NCBI GenBank assembly: GCA_964645535.1
Contig: CAZYCQ010000045.1
Location: forward strand, 1 to 28,076
DNA from: an uncultured archaeon
GTDB lineage: Archaea; Asgardarchaeota; Heimdallarchaeia; Heimdallarchaeales; Kariarchaeaceae
DNA: 28,076 nt
Direction: 5' to 3'
Part shown: piece by piece, positions 25,688 to 28,076 of the stretch
Position numbering within the stretch: position 1 is the stretch's first letter
Layout of the letters: every line of letters begins with the position of its first letter
Notes under the pieces: generated by a model
Database searches by the model: none
Told to the model about the DNA's origin: nothing
Seen by the model: only the letters and a program-made list of their open reading frames with translations
Position numbers and translations under genes: made by a program

Positions 25688-26854
25688 GTGATGGCAAACG
25701 GGAAAATTGCAATCATAAGCACAGCGATGACTGAATTTGGTGACCTTTATGAATATGAAATCACAGATATCGCAAATTTAGCAATTTTTGAGGCTTTAGA
25801 CAAGATTAAGGCTGAAAAAAAGGATATTGAGTCCCTCTATGTCGGAAACATGGGCTCACATCTTTTTGAAGGTCAAGAGAACCTTGGAAACTTAATTGCA
25901 ACATATGCTGGACTTACTTGCCCTGCCTTCAAAATTCAGGCAGCTGGTGCTTCTGGGGCAGTTGCTCTTAGAAATGCAGTCAAAGGCATTCAATCTGGAT
26001 CAAAGGAAATGGTCATGGTTCTGGGTGTGGAAAAGATGACCGAGGCAACAAAACAGCACGAAGCACAGCTAGCCTTGGCATCTGGTCTTGATACCAATTG
26101 GGAAACTAGGATGGGGGCAACCTTGGCATCTCTTTTTGCCATTATGGCTAGGGCTCACATGAGGGAATATGGTACAACAAGAGAACAAATTGCTCAAGTT
26201 GTTGTCAAAAATCATTACAACGCCAGTCTAAATCCCAAGGCTCAATATAAGAATAGAGTTAGACTTGAAAGCGTATTGAATTCGAAACTTTTGGCAGACC
26301 CGCTTAGATTATTTGATGCTTGCGCCCTTAGTGATGGCGCTGCTTCCGTTATTCTTACTTCTGAAGAACTTGCCTACTCTTATGATAGCGACCCAGTGTT
26401 TATCCATCAGATTAAACAGGGATTTGCCCCTATTGCTCTACACATGCGGGAAAGCCTGACTGAATTTAGTGGCACAAAATTCGCTGCTGAAAAGGCATAT
26501 AAGGATCAAGGTATTACTCCAAAGGACATTTCTTTTGCTGAAGTCCATGATATTTTCTCAATTGCTGAAATAATTGCCATCGAGAGCCTTGGTCTTGTCG
26601 AGAAAGGAAAAGGTGGCATTGCAACGGAAAATGGTGATACTTCTCTAGAAGGATCAATCCCTATCAATACAAGTGGGGGATTGAAAGGAAGAGGAGCTCC
26701 TTTAGGTGCAAGTGCCATTGCACAGATTATTGAACTTTATGACCAATTCAAGGGTAATGCAGGTGACCGCCAAATCAGCGATCTCAAATATGGCCTTGCC
26801 CATTCAATGGGAGGAACAGGTGGCACTTCGGTAGTCACACTTATTGGAAGGTGA
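25688..26854 (+). CDS. Thiolase-fold protein (archaeal acetoacetyl-CoA thiolase position) with substituted catalytic residues
   Basis: GVEKM, NPKAQ, SDGAA, EVHDIF, NTSGGL; but QAAGASG instead of xAACASG, and GAP instead of GHP. Confidence 0.88.
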   Translation: MMANGKIAIISTAMTEFGDLYEYEITDIANLAIFEALDKIKAEKKDIESLYVGNMGSHLFEGQENLGNLIATYAGLTCPAFKIQAAGASGAVALRNAVKGIQSGSKEMVMVLGVEKMTEATKQHEAQLALASGLDTNWETRMGATLASLFAIMARAHMREYGTTREQIAQVVVKNHYNASLNPKAQYKNRVRLESVLNSKLLADPLRLFDACALSDGAASVILTSEELAYSYDSDPVFIHQIKQGFAPIALHMRESLTEFSGTKFAAEKAYKDQGITPKDISFAEVHDIFSIAEIIAIESLGLVEKGKGGIATENGDTSLEGSIPINTSGGLKGRGAPLGASAIAQIIELYDQFKGNAGDRQISDLKYGLAHSMGGTGGTSVVTLIGR

Positions 26855-26859
26855 ATATC

Positions 26860-27258
26860 ATGGGTGTAGCAAGATCATGGAGAACACAAAAGTCTAGGTA
26901 TAGACTCACTGGCAGCAAATGCATTTCATGTGGGAATCTGTTTTTCCCAATCAATCTGATTTGTGTAAAGTGCTCAAGCAATCAGATCGAGGAATTCCAG
27001 TTTTCTGGAAATGCAAAACTAATTGAATGGACGCGTGTTGATGAAGCTGCAAAAGGCTTCGAACACATGGTTCCCTATTATTTCGCTATTGTCGAATTGG
27101 AAGAAGGAATAAGACTTTCTTGTCAGTTGACTGGGATTGATGATGAAGAAATGCTTCAACCGGGGTTACCTCTTCGAATGACATTTCGTAAACTGGGCGA
27201 AGGGCATGAAGAAGCCATTATTAATTATGGCTTGAAAGCAGAGCCCGCGGATCAATGA
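26860..27258 (+). CDS. DUF35 Zn-ribbon/OB-fold scaffold protein
   Basis: CISCG...CVKC, PYYFAIVELEEG. AGGTGA SD 5 nt before ATG 26860. Third gene of the HMGCS-thiolase-DUF35 trio. Confidence 0.92.
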   Translation: MGVARSWRTQKSRYRLTGSKCISCGNLFFPINLICVKCSSNQIEEFQFSGNAKLIEWTRVDEAAKGFEHMVPYYFAIVELEEGIRLSCQLTGIDDEEMLQPGLPLRMTFRKLGEGHEEAIINYGLKAEPADQ

Positions 27259-28076
27259 TTGCCATATCCAAAAATTCCCATCCCGTTTGAAAGACATTCC
27301 GCCATTATTGAGTTTTCATAAATTGGTCTACAGGAACAATCGAGATGATCTAGGTATTCCAGTTGTTGAGACCCAGAAAATAATTTAAGTGCATCTCTGA
27401 TTTTATCATCGCAAGCTCCGCAATTTCTTGGACCTCGTTCCTTTCCTGCTGCCACTGGATCGCTTATAACAATTATTTCCTGCCCCACTAATTGTTTTAT
27501 CTCTCTCGTGACATCTAGAACTGTCCATAACCATGGAGGCGTATACGTTCCTTTCTTGAAGAGTTTGTCCATAAGCGTTCCTTTTCCAATATAACATGGG
27601 TTGATGGAAATTCCATCAACTCCTGCCTCTTTCATTTGCTTTGCAGTTTTGATTGCATCAGCTGTTGCAAGATATTCGGATACAAAAATCGGCTTTAGGA
27701 GAATATATCCCTTTGTCCTGAAACCATACTCTTTCAGAAGCTTCACAGCTCTCTGAAATTGCTTTAAAGTGTGCCCCTTGTTGTTTGCCCTTTTGTTGAT
27801 CTCATCATTTGTGGTTTCTTGACCAATTGCAACAATCACTTTTGATGGATTGACAATGCTCGCCAATCCATCAAGATGTTTCTTGATGACATATTCACAC
27901 CTTGTCTCAACAACTATTTCTTCTACCATTGAATCAAATTTCGAAATGAGATCGTCCCTAATTTCATATGGTAACTCCCATGGGTCAAGAAAACTACCTG
28001 ATGTGTAAAACTTGACCACTTTCAAATCATTGACTGATTTGTTCTTTTCTTGAAAAATTTCAAGTGCATTGATTGG
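27252..28076 (-). CDS. Radical SAM protein RaSEA (archaeosine biosynthesis), 5' end outside the window
   Basis: KFYTSGSFLD, VETR, YILLKP, YTPPWLW, RGPRNCGACD, CSC. The frame stays open to the window edge; the CxxxCxxC motif would lie beyond it. Confidence 0.85.
   Translation of the reverse strand, partial: PINALEIFQEKNKSVNDLKVVKFYTSGSFLDPWELPYEIRDDLISKFDSMVEEIVVETRCEYVIKKHLDGLASIVNPSKVIVAIGQETTNDEINKRANNKGHTLKQFQRAVKLLKEYGFRTKGYILLKPIFVSEYLATADAIKTAKQMKEAGVDGISINPCYIGKGTLMDKLFKKGTYTPPWLWTVLDVTREIKQLVGQEIIVISDPVAAGKERGPRNCGACDDKIRDALKLFSGSQQLEYLDHLDCSCRPIYENSIMAECLSNGMGIFGYGNH

Noticed and set aside
24636-27258. PhlABC-like acyltransferase instead of a mevalonate operon
   Set aside because: PhlC depends on the thiolase Cys that is absent here, and the HMGCS has canonical archaeal motifs.
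1-28076. tRNA, rRNA, CRISPR arrays, transposases, integrases, defence or viral genes
   Set aside because: None recognised; intergenic gaps are short and AT-rich with no cloverleaf or periodic repeats. Small ncRNAs cannot be excluded without a covariance-model search.

Overview
A gene-dense, AT-rich archaeal window with no rRNA, tRNA, CRISPR array or mobile element that I can see. The archaeal markers are aEF-1beta next to a DUF1610 Zn-ribbon gene, an ASH-Ski2-type helicase, HMG-CoA synthase/thiolase/DUF35, RaSEA and RadA-like genes. Longin/roadblock-like proteins point to an Asgard archaeon, possibly Heimdallarchaeia (inference). In order: a minus-strand cluster of PAS histidine kinase, processive GT2 synthase, TerB-like protein and response regulator; a 7TM protein; MBL hydrolase; ThiF/MoeB E1-like enzyme; CPBP protease; an orphan; an NPRL2/uDENN-like longin protein; a degenerate methyltransferase-fold protein; helicase; ABC-2 exporter; guaA; PfkB kinase; EF-1beta; IscA; a RadA paralog; MobA; Trm112; a longin+roadblock protein; pssA/psd divergent from HMGCS-thiolase-DUF35; and a partial RaSEA. 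Four observations stand out. (1) The RadA paralog lacks the FxxA polymerisation motif and carries the PALGxxWxH motif typical of eukaryotic RAD51 paralogs. (2) An NPRL2 (GATOR1)-like protein lies next to a probable pseudo-methyltransferase. (3) The mevalonate-operon thiolase lacks both its catalytic Cys and its GHP His. (4) At least one gene appears to start at CTG. All family calls are motif recognition by eye, with reference motifs recalled from memory; no searches were run.
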